DNA of 64,000 bases from a virus (IMGVR_UViG_3300033076_001181:14362-78361), one strand, 5' to 3'; shown: positions 1 to 8,538, numbered from the stretch's first letter. Translations and numbers: made by a program. Notes: generated from the letters alone by a model not told the origin.

Positions 1-521
1 TCTGGATTTGTTTTAAGGTCGTTGATTAGAATTGCTATTTGGTCAATGACTGTTTGGTCAGCTTCACCAAAGATATTTTCATAACTACCATCTGTTGATA
101 GATACATTTTATTTTTAGTCCAACTTCTCCATTGCTTACCGTAAATTGGTCCTAAATCCCAAGTAGATTCATGAAATGAACTATCACCTGCTAATGCAAA
201 TTTTTTCATTTCATCTAAACTATACGGTTCTGAGCATGTAGTTTTGTAATGTTTATACCAATCTCCATCCCATATAGTACAGTTGTTTTTCCAAAGAAAT
301 CTTATATCAGTATCACCTCTTAAAAACCATAGTAGTTCAGTTACAATCTGCTTCCAAGCCATTTTCTTGGTTGTGAGTAAAGGAAAGCCTTCACTCATAT
401 TGTGACGAATCTGCCAACCAAAGACTGATTTGGTCCCCGTGCCGGTTCGATCTTTCTTTTCTACTCCATTTCCTAGAATATACTCTAGGAGCATTTGGTA
501 TTCTTTATCTAGGTTGTTCAT
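1..521 (-). CDS. thyA: Thymidylate synthase ThyA, 5' part (runs off window)
   Basis: Manual translation from ATG at 521: MNNLDKEYQMLLEYILGNGVEKKDRTGTGTKSVFGWQIRHNMSEGFPLLTTKK..ELLWFLRGDT..DLGPIYGKQWRSW; contains the ThyA motifs DRTGTGT, FPLLTTKK and LGPxYGxQWR. Confidence 0.97.
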   Translation of the reverse strand, partial: MNNLDKEYQMLLEYILGNGVEKKDRTGTGTKSVFGWQIRHNMSEGFPLLTTKKMAWKQIVTELLWFLRGDTDIRFLWKNNCTIWDGDWYKHYKTTCSEPYSLDEMKKFALAGDSSFHESTWDLGPIYGKQWRSWTKNKMYLSTDGSYENIFGEADQTVIDQIAILINDLKTNP

Positions 522-526
522 ATTAG

Positions 527-1060
527 TTAATCTTTCACAATCATTTTCTTTTCCCTTGACCCATCACTATAAACATAGATGTAGAATCTATTTGGTTCTG
601 GAGTAGCTTCCCTACCAGTTTCATCAATTACTTTGATTAGTTTTTTACTGATTGATAGTTCTTCAACACCTACTACATCAGAGCAATCAGTCCATGAAAC
701 ACCGTAGAACCCACTACCTCCAATCTGAAAAACATGAAATCCATGTTGAGTAGAGTCAAGTGTTTCAGTGAATGTTGTGTCAAATACACAACCACACATA
801 CCTACCGCATGAACAGTGTAAGTAATAGGTACTCCAATTGGTACAATAAACTGATAATTTCCATTATATGGACCTTGTGATGACACGTCTGGTTGTGGTG
901 AAATACTGATAACAGGTAAGCCGTTTTGCATTGTAGCAAATCCACCACAAATTGTGTCATAAGTTGAACTCACTGAAATGGTTTGGTTAAAGTCTATGAC
1001 TTGTGAATAACCGATTAAGGTTGTTAAGCTCATTAGAGCAATTAAAAATAGTTTTTTCAT
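527..1060 (-). CDS. Secreted protein with signal peptide and T9SS C-terminal sorting domain-like tail
   Basis: N-term MKKLFLIALMSLTTLIGYS/Q; C-term VGVEELSISKKLIKVIDETGRE..FYIYVYSDGSREKK resembles Bacteroidota T9SS CTDs. Confidence 0.65.
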   Translation of the reverse strand: MKKLFLIALMSLTTLIGYSQVIDFNQTISVSSTYDTICGGFATMQNGLPVISISPQPDVSSQGPYNGNYQFIVPIGVPITYTVHAVGMCGCVFDTTFTETLDSTQHGFHVFQIGGSGFYGVSWTDCSDVVGVEELSISKKLIKVIDETGREATPEPNRFYIYVYSDGSREKKMIVKD

Positions 1061-1083
1061 ATTATTTGTTTTTGTTTTTGTTT

Positions 1084-1452
1084 TTAGAATAATAATGCTC
1101 CAACAATAGCCCCTTCAACAAAACTACTACCATTATCTACAACTACAGTTTTAGTTTGGGTTACTGGCGGAGTATTAGCTCCAATATTCATTTTGGTTTC
1201 ATTTGGTGGTGTACCATCATTATTAGTGCTCAAACTAGGGACAATTCGTGCAGTTACATTTGCATCTTCATCATCTGCAATTAAGATACTAGAATGTATT
1301 GGGCAGGAGAAAATTAATTTTTGATCAATATTAACGAAATTTCCATTACCATTGTAGTATGCGTCTGTAATTTTGAAAATTACATTTCCTTGAATTACTG
1401 TGTAATCCGAATATGTGCGTCCATATGGGCACGTTTTTTGTTTTTTACTCAT
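1084..1452 (-). CDS. Hypothetical protein with hydrophobic C-terminus
   Basis: 122-aa ORF downstream of a promoter motif; ends GAIVGALLF. Confidence 0.7.
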   Translation of the reverse strand: MSKKQKTCPYGRTYSDYTVIQGNVIFKITDAYYNGNGNFVNIDQKLIFSCPIHSSILIADDEDANVTARIVPSLSTNNDGTPPNETKMNIGANTPPVTQTKTVVVDNGSSFVEGAIVGALLF

Positions 1453-1471
1453 TGTATTTATTTTTTATTTA

Positions 1472-1500
1472 AATATACGATTAAATTTTGGGAAGCCAAA
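1472..1500 (-). promoter_or_regulatory. Class I (host-sigma-type) promoter TTTGGC-N17-TATATT
   Basis: Recurrent bipartite motif upstream of the ORF ending at 1452. Confidence 0.7.
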
Positions 1501-1517
1501 CAATATATTATTTGTTT

Positions 1518-1781
1518 TTATTCTAAACTTAAATTATTTTCTGACATGAGTCCACGAAGTAAGTCTCGTACTTTTTGAGCCATATCTATTTCAGTCTCAC
1601 TTGCTTCACCTTGCTCAATCATACTTCCTCCGTACTTAACAACCTCACGTAGTTCATTATCTAATGACCGTACAACATCTTTCCAATCTCTGGCTTGCAT
1701 TGCTAGTTTAGCTTCATGAGCTTCTTCGTAACTATCAAATTCTAGAATTATCTTTCCCATAACGTTCTCTAAATGCTTCAT
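1518..1781 (-). CDS. Hypothetical protein
   Basis: 87-aa ORF in a co-oriented run. Confidence 0.65.
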   Translation of the reverse strand: MKHLENVMGKIILEFDSYEEAHEAKLAMQARDWKDVVRSLDNELREVVKYGGSMIEQGEASETEIDMAQKVRDLLRGLMSENNLSLE

Positions 1782-2022
1782 TATTTTTTAATTCATGTTT
1801 AAACCACTCATAATCAGGAATATCTTCATATCCAACAAAATGTTTAGTATATTGTTCATATAATTTCCATTCAATAGGTGGATTATTTAATTCCTCAATT
1901 ATAGGTCTAATATCATCAGCCCATTTCTTTTTCCACTCCTCAAATGTAAAAGTTGATGTTGGATTACTTTTAAGAAAATTTTTGTATTGTGTTTCTAGTG
2001 TTGCCATAATTAATCCCACCAA
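1735..2022 (-). CDS. Hypothetical protein
   Basis: 95-aa ORF in a co-oriented run; true start may be MATLETQY at 2007. Confidence 0.65.
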   Translation of the reverse strand: MVGLIMATLETQYKNFLKSNPTSTFTFEEWKKKWADDIRPIIEELNNPPIEWKLYEQYTKHFVGYEDIPDYEWFKHELKNNEAFRERYGKDNSRI

Positions 2023-2534
2023 TAATCAATATGATCAGCTAAGTATTTATAAGCTTCTCGTTTATCTTTTTTATATTGTTTTTCAGCTTTAATCATTCCA
2101 GCTCTAAACTCTTCACGATACTGCTTTTCATCTTCAGGTGTTTTAACACCCTCATGATCAATAAACATTTCTTCAGTGTCTGTTCCTTCAATTGGAACAA
2201 ATCTTAAAACACCCTCACCCCACTTAACATCTAATTCTCGCATCATAGGACACTCATAAAATTCCCAAGAGTCTCTAGTTTTATGAAGCATATCAATTGC
2301 TGTTTGAATTTCCTCAGCTGTTTCTTTAGTTCTAACTATATGTGTTCTATCTGATAAGAAGAAATCGCGTTTATGTTCTAATTTCTTAATTAGAATCTCA
2401 TTAAAATAATGATGATCCCAATCTCTGTCTCTCCAAATAACTGGGAACCATCTTAACACATTGCGGCATTGTCTAAAAAATATTTTAATTCTATACATAA
2501 CTTTTAAAATAAATCGTTTAATTCTTTTGGGCAT
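2010..2534 (-). CDS. Hypothetical protein
   Basis: 174-aa ORF; no recognisable family motif. Confidence 0.75.
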   Translation of the reverse strand: MPKRIKRFILKVMYRIKIFFRQCRNVLRWFPVIWRDRDWDHHYFNEILIKKLEHKRDFFLSDRTHIVRTKETAEEIQTAIDMLHKTRDSWEFYECPMMRELDVKWGEGVLRFVPIEGTDTEEMFIDHEGVKTPEDEKQYREEFRAGMIKAEKQYKKDKREAYKYLADHIDYWWD

Positions 2535-2582
2535 TCATCAACAATATAACGTTTGATAAATTTTCTCCAAGCCTGTTTTATT

Positions 2583-2930
2583 TTATCTAACATTCCTCAT
2601 TACTGTTGCAGTTCCACCAATTATAAATGTTACTCCAATTGGAATCATAAATGGGCGAGTACCTTGTTTAAAGTATGGATCATAATACCATCCACCACCT
2701 TGTTTAGCATGTTTCCAAGCCTCATTACCCTCAAATTGATGGGCAATAATAATAGCTGTTCCAGCCACTACAGCAGCAAACCCACCCCATCTCATAACAT
2801 CAGCATCTGAGACATAGTTGCCTCTCATAGCTGAGCTCATTCTATCAAAAGCAGCATTGCGTTGCTGTCTTGTTTGTGCTTGACTAGACAATGCTAGTAA
2901 ACACATTAACATAACCATTATTTTTTTCAT
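2583..2930 (-). CDS. Exported or membrane protein with Q-rule signal peptide
   Basis: MKKIMVMLMCLLALSSQA/Q plus two hydrophobic Gly-rich segments. Confidence 0.65.
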   Translation of the reverse strand: MKKIMVMLMCLLALSSQAQTRQQRNAAFDRMSSAMRGNYVSDADVMRWGGFAAVVAGTAIIIAHQFEGNEAWKHAKQGGGWYYDPYFKQGTRPFMIPIGVTFIIGGTATVMRNVR

Positions 2931-2931
2931 A

Positions 2932-3084
2932 TTACTTTATTGTTTCAACTTTATCATAAGCCGCACATTTAGGATGTTTAGCTACACATCCCGTTGCTAA
3001 TATCATTACAATAGCTACACCTAGTATAATACCTGTAATAACTGCTATTGTCAATTGTTGGATTTCTTTTTTTTGCTCTATCAT
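2932..3084 (-). CDS. Small putative lipoprotein (50 aa)
   Basis: Manual translation MIEQKKEIQQLTIAVITGIILGVAIVMILATGCVAKHPKCAAYDKVETIK; lipobox-like LATG/C. Confidence 0.55.
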   Translation of the reverse strand: MIEQKKEIQQLTIAVITGIILGVAIVMILATGCVAKHPKCAAYDKVETIK

Positions 3085-3614
3085 ATTATTTGATCTATTA
3101 CTTTATATTCTAAAGCATCATTAGCATCAAAATACCAATCATACTTCCCTCTTTTAACCTTATCTAATTGTTTTTTAGTGAGTGATGTTTTACTAAAAAT
3201 ATAATCATCATACATATCTAAAATACGTTCTGTCTCCTCTAAATTCTCTTTTAATGTAGTTACCTTTTCATAGTCCCCAAACACACTTAAACATTCATGG
3301 TACATAAATGAAGTTAATTTGTGAGCAAATCGTTTATGACCTGATAATAAAATAGGTAGAGCCATTGACATAATAGCGCCGTAACCGCAAGTATAAACTG
3401 GGGTAATTGATGATTCAATAGCTCCTATGATTGCAAAACCATCATACATTGAACCACCTAAACTGTTAATTTTTAGTTGGATTGGAACTCGATCTTCAAC
3501 TGGTCCATGATCATCCTCATTAATGTCATTTATATGTTGAATGATGTTTTGAGCTGACTCTTCATTTATCTCTCCACTAAGAACTAAGTTCCGGTATACT
3601 CTCTTCTTGTTCAT
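3081..3614 (-). CDS. clpP: ClpP-like serine protease
   Basis: INSLGGSMYDG, AIMSMA (Ser), FMYHE (His), DWYFDANDALEYKVID (Asp); start refined to MNKKR at 3614. Confidence 0.85.
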   Translation of the reverse strand: MNKKRVYRNLVLSGEINEESAQNIIQHINDINEDDHGPVEDRVPIQLKINSLGGSMYDGFAIIGAIESSITPVYTCGYGAIMSMALPILLSGHKRFAHKLTSFMYHECLSVFGDYEKVTTLKENLEETERILDMYDDYIFSKTSLTKKQLDKVKRGKYDWYFDANDALEYKVIDQII

Positions 3615-3819
3615 AAATTTCCTCCCATTCGGGTTCTTTAATTGTTTCACATAACAGAAAATGAGACTCAGTTTTTAAAACATGATCCGCATCTAATCCT
3701 TCCTTCCATAAATGAAGTAAATCTCTTTTCAATTCACCTTCCTTACTAAAAAAATAACTTGCAGGAATAGCTCTTAAAACAACATACACTTCACCATTGT
3801 AAAAATATAACTGTTTCAT
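3577..3819 (-). CDS. Hypothetical protein
   Basis: 80-aa ORF with ATGA coupling to the upstream ORF. Confidence 0.65.
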   Translation of the reverse strand: MKQLYFYNGEVYVVLRAIPASYFFSKEGELKRDLLHLWKEGLDADHVLKTESHFLLCETIKEPEWEEIYEQEESIPELSS

Positions 3820-4309
3820 TTTTTAATTGAAATATAATCTCCTCTATACCATCCAAACACTTCATCATCAAATTCAATTCTACGTTCAAATTGATCTAAA
3901 TCAACTTCCATTTCATGATGATCACTTTCATTTGGAAACCGTACCCATAACTTTTTACTCTTCGCCATATTTGAATTTTTCTCGTTTGTATGTTTTAGCA
4001 GATGGTTTGCATCTTTGTATCATTTTTCTTCTAATGATTTGAGCTACATGGCGCTCACTTAATCCGTTTAATGTTTTCTTTTCCATTGTGTTATTAATTA
4101 TATATAAATATAATATCTAACTCATGGAGAGCCAAACATTATCTATTAAACTTTAATCTAAAATGAGCCATTTCATAAAAATCAATTGAGCGTTTTGATC
4201 TATCTTGATTCTTATATTGATACTCTTCAACTAACCCCATTAATTCATGATAAGTTCCAGCTTGATGTGCTTGATATAAAATTTCTTCAATTCTTTCTTC
4301 GTTACTCAT
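3816..4309 (-). CDS. Three small ORFs below the track cutoff (3816-3968, 50 aa; 3955-4086, 43 aa; 4139-4309, 56 aa)
   Basis: Manual translation (MAKSKKLWV.., MEKKTLNGL.., MSNEERIEE..); they tile the gap with overlapping start/stop codons. Confidence 0.55.
4107..4136 (-). promoter_or_regulatory. Class I promoter overlapping a class II ATATTTAT motif
   Basis: TTTGGC-N18-TATATT; ATATTTAT at 4104-4111. Confidence 0.7.
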
Positions 4310-4517
4310 TATAATTAATTAATTTTGATTTAAAGTGTATTAATGTATTAAAGTGACGTAAATAATGCCTCAATGTTTTAATATTTATTTTTTTCACTTT
4401 CCAATAGTCAATAAAGTTTTTTACTATTTGTCTAGCTGATTCTATATGCTCAGGTGTAGTACAAGAATGAATTGTCTTGTTTATTTTAGAGATATGTTGA
4501 TCAAATAGCTTGAGCAT
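4302..4517 (-). CDS. Hypothetical protein
   Basis: 71-aa ORF in a co-oriented run. Confidence 0.6.
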   Translation of the reverse strand: MLKLFDQHISKINKTIHSCTTPEHIESARQIVKNFIDYWKVKKINIKTLRHYLRHFNTLIHFKSKLINYNE

Positions 4518-4530
4518 GTATATACATACT

Positions 4531-4872
4531 CTACTTTCCTAACTGTTTCCTAACTCTTTCATCTTCTAGGAAATGCATTTCACCAGGTCGCAATTGTGGT
4601 TTAGGTTTTATATCATTTAGGTAAACATATCCTTTTTTAGTTTTATCTTTTAACCTCTTATTTGACTCATAATAATAAACTGGTCCATGATATTCCTTAT
4701 ATTCACCTTTACCTTCTTCATTAAGATATAAAATACGTCTTGGACCATTATAACTCCTAAAACGATTGCAAGTCACTCTAATCCAAAATCCATCTTCATA
4801 ACCAATCTCAGTTGATAATTGAGTTGGAAAGTCATAAACTAATTTTTCTGTTTGTCCTCTTTTTTCAGCCAT
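4531..4872 (-). CDS. Hypothetical protein
   Basis: 113-aa ORF in a co-oriented run. Confidence 0.7.
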   Translation of the reverse strand: MAEKRGQTEKLVYDFPTQLSTEIGYEDGFWIRVTCNRFRSYNGPRRILYLNEEGKGEYKEYHGPVYYYESNKRLKDKTKKGYVYLNDIKPKPQLRPGEMHFLEDERVRKQLGK

Positions 4873-4873
4873 A

Positions 4874-5212
4874 TTATTTCCAAAATAGTTGTACTAATAA
4901 AATTAAAACACTTAAACCTAAACAAATTGCTGTTTTAGTATTAATTGGTTCATTAAACCAAAGCATTGACATAAATGTAAAAACAATTGTCCCAACTGCA
5001 AAACCTATTAGGCGAGAAGGCCAAAGTTGTCCTTCAAAATGAGTCACCATATGTTGAACTGATGCCATGAACAAGTATGAAATAGGTAAACCTAATAATA
5101 CCATCCACCATGGATTTTCTTTCATCCAATCAAACTTCCATCTGCCTTGCAGTTGGACAAATGTTAAAAACTGAGCTATTATTCCTAATAGCATTCCTAT
5201 AATTAAATTCAT
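4874..5212 (-). CDS. 4-TM membrane protein, SMR/DMT-like
   Basis: Four hydrophobic segments in 112 aa; WFNEPINTKTAICLGL resembles the DMT loop3-TM4 motif. Confidence 0.55.
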   Translation of the reverse strand: MNLIIGMLLGIIAQFLTFVQLQGRWKFDWMKENPWWMVLLGLPISYLFMASVQHMVTHFEGQLWPSRLIGFAVGTIVFTFMSMLWFNEPINTKTAICLGLSVLILLVQLFWK

Positions 5213-5436
5213 ATATAATCTTTCATTACTTGACAGTCTGCGATTCTACAGATATGTACAAATTGTTCTTCATAACCTAATACTTTAGCCTCATCAAAAT
5301 CATCTGAGAATGCTACTCTTCTTCCTCCATCTAATAACCCAACCCATACCTGTAATTTATCATTCAGGACAATGTATGGTTTGTAATCAGGGTCAATTAG
5401 AGGTTGTTTTTTCTTTTTCTTAGATGTAGGAGTCAT
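5209..5436 (-). CDS. Hypothetical protein
   Basis: 75-aa ORF with ATGA coupling. Confidence 0.6.
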   Translation of the reverse strand: MTPTSKKKKKQPLIDPDYKPYIVLNDKLQVWVGLLDGGRRVAFSDDFDEAKVLGYEEQFVHICRIADCQVMKDYI

Positions 5437-5653
5437 AAGCTGGTATTACATTTAGGTCTTCCAACTTAACCCATACTCTCATTTTCCATAAGTCAAGAGT
5501 ATGACCATCTAATTTTTCAGTTTCTTTCTCAGTTTCAAGAGCTAAAATCAATAGACACTCATCCAGTTTCTCAACTGCTTCATTAACTTGTTTTGATTTA
5601 ATGAGTTGAAGTGCTTGCTTCCATGTGTTAGTAATCTTTCCTACTTTCTTCAT
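5420..5653 (-). CDS. Hypothetical protein
   Basis: 77-aa ORF in a co-oriented run. Confidence 0.6.
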   Translation of the reverse strand: MKKVGKITNTWKQALQLIKSKQVNEAVEKLDECLLILALETEKETEKLDGHTLDLWKMRVWVKLEDLNVIPAYDSYI

Positions 5654-5658
5654 AACCT

Positions 5659-5961
5659 TTATTTATTTACTTGTTTAATATGTTTACAAACGCGATCTTT
5701 TGATCTCCAATAACCTTGACAATTACAAATCCATTTAACACCTACTTTCTGAACTTGGTAAAATCCCTTACCATCAGAACTAGGCACTTCAAATATATTA
5801 GGATCTGGTTTTGGTAATGCAATATCCTTTTCCCAAGTCACTTGATCCAATGTTGTACCAATTGGTACTTCAATCCATGCTGGAACTATATAACTTTTGT
5901 TAGGAAAATTCGCTATTGCTGGGGCAAATGGTGACTTAACATGATACATTTGTTTTTCCAT
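5659..5961 (-). CDS. SWIM-type zinc finger protein
   Basis: C-term CNC..CKH; start refined to MEKQ at 5961. Confidence 0.7.
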   Translation of the reverse strand: MEKQMYHVKSPFAPAIANFPNKSYIVPAWIEVPIGTTLDQVTWEKDIALPKPDPNIFEVPSSDGKGFYQVQKVGVKWICNCQGYWRSKDRVCKHIKQVNK

Positions 5962-5978
5962 AATCTTAATTATGGCTA

Positions 5979-6008
5979 AATATAACAAATAAGAAACAAA
6001 AAGCCAAA
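5979..6008 (-). promoter_or_regulatory. Class I promoter
   Basis: TTTGGC-N18-TATATTT. Confidence 0.75.
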
Positions 6009-6012
6009 CTTC

Positions 6013-6325
6013 TTATGAGGGAAGTTTGACTTGTTTTGTCCTTTCTAGTTGAAGTTGTTTATCTAGAGTTAAGAGTATACATAAATCCTCTAATCCACTC
6101 CAGTTCAACTCAGCTAATAATACTAGGTATTCATCAGGTATACTTTCAAAGTATTCCCAAATATTATCCTTCATGCTCATCTTCATAACGTAACGCTGGG
6201 TGGTTCGCTGTTCTGATGAATTTTTCTTTTTTAACTGGGCGTTGTTTCTTTTTACGACCATTTTCAGCTGCTAGAATATAATCTTTTAAGCTGTTGTAAT
6301 TTTGTAATACACTGTTTTTACTCAT
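6013..6325 (-). CDS. Two small ORFs (6013-6174 MKDNIWEY.., 6164-6325 MSKNSVLQ..)
   Basis: Manual translation; better tiling than the track's 6261 start. Confidence 0.5.
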
Positions 6326-6329
6326 AACT

Positions 6330-6473
6330 TTAACCTTGTCCTCGATTTACTTTTTTATATAACTTACTTGATTTTAATTTGCTGTATTTGCATTTTGAGT
6401 GAATACCAGGGCGTTTTTTTCTTGGTTTTTTAATAAACGCCTTTGTCGTGTTTGTTTTTGCTTTTGCTGCCAT
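6330..6473 (-). CDS. Highly basic 47-aa protein
   Basis: MAAKAKTNTTKAFIKKPRKKRPGIHSKCKYSKLKSSKLYKKVNRGQG. Confidence 0.55.
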   Translation of the reverse strand: MAAKAKTNTTKAFIKKPRKKRPGIHSKCKYSKLKSSKLYKKVNRGQG

Positions 6474-6783
6474 GTGTGTTTTCTTTTTCTTTTAGTGTGT
6501 TTATTGCTTCTACTATTTTAGAACATTCTTCATATAACTCTTGTTCCACATAGTACTTTAGGTTCTCTTGTAATGTCTCAGCGAAGTATTTTCTATCCAA
6601 AGTAATATCAAATGTTGATTGTTCTTCTAAACAATTAACTGATAATACATGAACATGTTTTTTACGACCATTCAAATTAGATAAAATAGCTTCTACAACT
6701 GCTTTGGCAATTGTGAAATCTTTTCTTTCAATCATTTCTTGAAATTCTTCACTATTGTTTAAGTTGATTTCTGTTGCCATCAT
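6430..6783 (-). CDS. Hypothetical protein
   Basis: 117-aa ORF in a co-oriented run. Confidence 0.7.
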   Translation of the reverse strand: MMATEINLNNSEEFQEMIERKDFTIAKAVVEAILSNLNGRKKHVHVLSVNCLEEQSTFDITLDRKYFAETLQENLKYYVEQELYEECSKIVEAINTLKEKENTHGSKSKNKHDKGVY

Positions 6784-6941
6784 TAAAATAAATTTAAAAA
6801 TTTTGGGTCAATTTCTTTACCCTTTAATTTACTCATCTTCTCATCATTAGCCAACATTTTTGTAGCTAATTTATCAAGATGTTTTGACTTGATAATATCA
6901 TAGTCATTAATTACTTCTTGATGTTTCTTACTCCTCTTCAT
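6783..6941 (-). CDS. Hypothetical 52-aa protein
   Basis: Manual translation MKRSKKHQEV..; ATATTTAT motif at 6950-6957 upstream. Confidence 0.5.
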   Translation of the reverse strand: MKRSKKHQEVINDYDIIKSKHLDKLATKMLANDEKMSKLKGKEIDPKFLNLF

Positions 6942-6960
6942 TTTTGTTTATAAATATTGT

Positions 6961-7602
6961 CTAAAGTCTACTAATAAATTCTGAACCGTCATTTTTAGGT
7001 TCTGGTTTGTCTAATCCTAACTCAATCAATCTCTGTTTAGTGTAGTCATCTAATTCCCAATCAACTTGACTGTTATAAGTTGGTTTATGATCTTCTAATC
7101 CCTCAATTTGTTTGTCTCCAAACACATCTCCAATCATTAAAAAGTAACAATTGTAACATAACATCTCAATATTACCAGGTCCATAATGTTGTTTATTACC
7201 ATCCTTGAAGTTCATGATAAGTGGGATTTTATAATCAGAAACTCGCCTTTCATGGAAGCCGCAATTAGCACATTCTTCCTTTAAGTAACCCTCTGTTATC
7301 AACCTATACTTCAACTTTTGTGGGTTGAAATGAGAGGCATCTACTCTACCTTCAATTACATCTAGTATGGCTGGTTCTTTTTTGTTATGGTGAGATACTG
7401 ATAAGAATTTAGGAATACCTTTACCTGACTGATTTTTATGTAAGTCAAATAAAGATACTCCATTTTCATCCTTATACATCTTCATATACATCTTCAGATG
7501 TACATAAGAGCAATTTAAATACCTAGCCGCCGCACGAACAGACCTTGTTTTGTCCATCGCACTCAAAATCATTTCTTTTGTTAGCGGTTTTGCTTTAGCC
7601 AT
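6961..7602 (-). CDS. HTH plus HNH-like zinc-binding protein (catalytic His apparently lost)
   Basis: N-term AAARYLNCSY helix-turn-helix; CANC..LIMNFKDGN..NIEMLCYNC. Confidence 0.6.
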   Translation of the reverse strand: MAKAKPLTKEMILSAMDKTRSVRAAARYLNCSYVHLKMYMKMYKDENGVSLFDLHKNQSGKGIPKFLSVSHHNKKEPAILDVIEGRVDASHFNPQKLKYRLITEGYLKEECANCGFHERRVSDYKIPLIMNFKDGNKQHYGPGNIEMLCYNCYFLMIGDVFGDKQIEGLEDHKPTYNSQVDWELDDYTKQRLIELGLDKPEPKNDGSEFISRL

Positions 7603-7967
7603 TAGTCCTCGTCTTCAGTGTAATCTTCTTCTTCAATATCATCATTTTCCTCATCCCAATCATTCTCATCATCCAAACCATCATTTAATGTTTCATCCCA
7701 TTCATCAATAAAAGCTACACTATCTAAAACAGTTGGTATTGGATCTGGTTTTGCTTTTTTACCTGTTTCTAACTCAACCATTTTATCATAATCAGCTCTA
7801 TCTACAGCATATGTTTCAATCCATGTATGATCACCTTCTCCCATTTGTACTGTCACTGCTACTTTTTTCTCAGCGGTTGAATGTTGGGTACATGTTTGTG
7901 TATGAGGTAAAATTGCAATTCGTCTTGGATCAATTTCTACTCCACATGTAATACATTGTCTACTCAT
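7602..7967 (-). CDS. DksA/TraR-type zinc finger protein with acidic tail
   Basis: CITCGVEIDPRRIAILPHTQTCTQH matches CxxCGxxIxxxR..P...CxxC with the last Cys replaced by His. Confidence 0.7.
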   Translation of the reverse strand: MSRQCITCGVEIDPRRIAILPHTQTCTQHSTAEKKVAVTVQMGEGDHTWIETYAVDRADYDKMVELETGKKAKPDPIPTVLDSVAFIDEWDETLNDGLDDENDWDEENDDIEEEDYTEDED

Positions 7968-8350
7968 TTCTCTTTACTATTTGATTTATTTATTTTCTCT
8001 ATTAAGTTCCAAAGGTCTGTTGGTGATTTAAGAAGGAATCGTTTCTTTTCCTTACCAGGAAATGTTACATCTAACCCCAATAACTTCCCATCAGCATCAA
8101 ATCTATCATATACATACCATAATATTAGATTAGCTATGTCTTCAGAATATTTCATGAATATTAGATTCTCAATTACTTTATAGTAATTTTCTTCATAATT
8201 CCATAAATCGATTTTTACCTCTTCATGTAGGAAATTTGTTTTCAACCAGCAGTGTTCTAATAGAACTATAGTCTCAATGAATGTTTCTTTTTCATTAGAC
8301 TGGCGATCACGTTTAGCGATCTTTAGTTTACCAAAATTATCTAAACTCAT
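7964..8350 (-). CDS. Hypothetical protein
   Basis: 128-aa ORF with ATGA coupling. Confidence 0.7.
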   Translation of the reverse strand: MSLDNFGKLKIAKRDRQSNEKETFIETIVLLEHCWLKTNFLHEEVKIDLWNYEENYYKVIENLIFMKYSEDIANLILWYVYDRFDADGKLLGLDVTFPGKEKKRFLLKSPTDLWNLIEKINKSNSKEK

Positions 8351-8520
8351 TTTTTAATACCTACTGAATAAAGTTTTAGAAATTCTTCTATGTTTAATGA
8401 TTTCATTGAGGCAAAGTGAGTCACAGCTATACCTATAGTACCGGCAGTACATGTCCCAATTGGTTCTCTAAACGCATCATTGTTAGCGTAGAAATAGTAA
8501 TCTTTATATTCGTAATCCAT
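8347..8520 (-). CDS. Hypothetical 57-aa protein
   Basis: Manual translation MDYEYKDYYFYANND..; first gene after the promoter at 8539-8568. Confidence 0.55.
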   Translation of the reverse strand: MDYEYKDYYFYANNDAFREPIGTCTAGTIGIAVTHFASMKSLNIEEFLKLYSVGIKK

Positions 8521-8538
8521 AACCTTTTATTTGAACTA

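Noticed and set aside
1065-1085. TTTTTG microsatellite upstream of 527-1060
   Set aside because: It is a simple A-rich translation leader on the coding strand and too short to imply phase variation
6961-7602. Active homing endonuclease (mobile element)
   Set aside because: The catalytic His is apparently absent, and the gene is translationally coupled within an operon rather than inserted in a conserved gene
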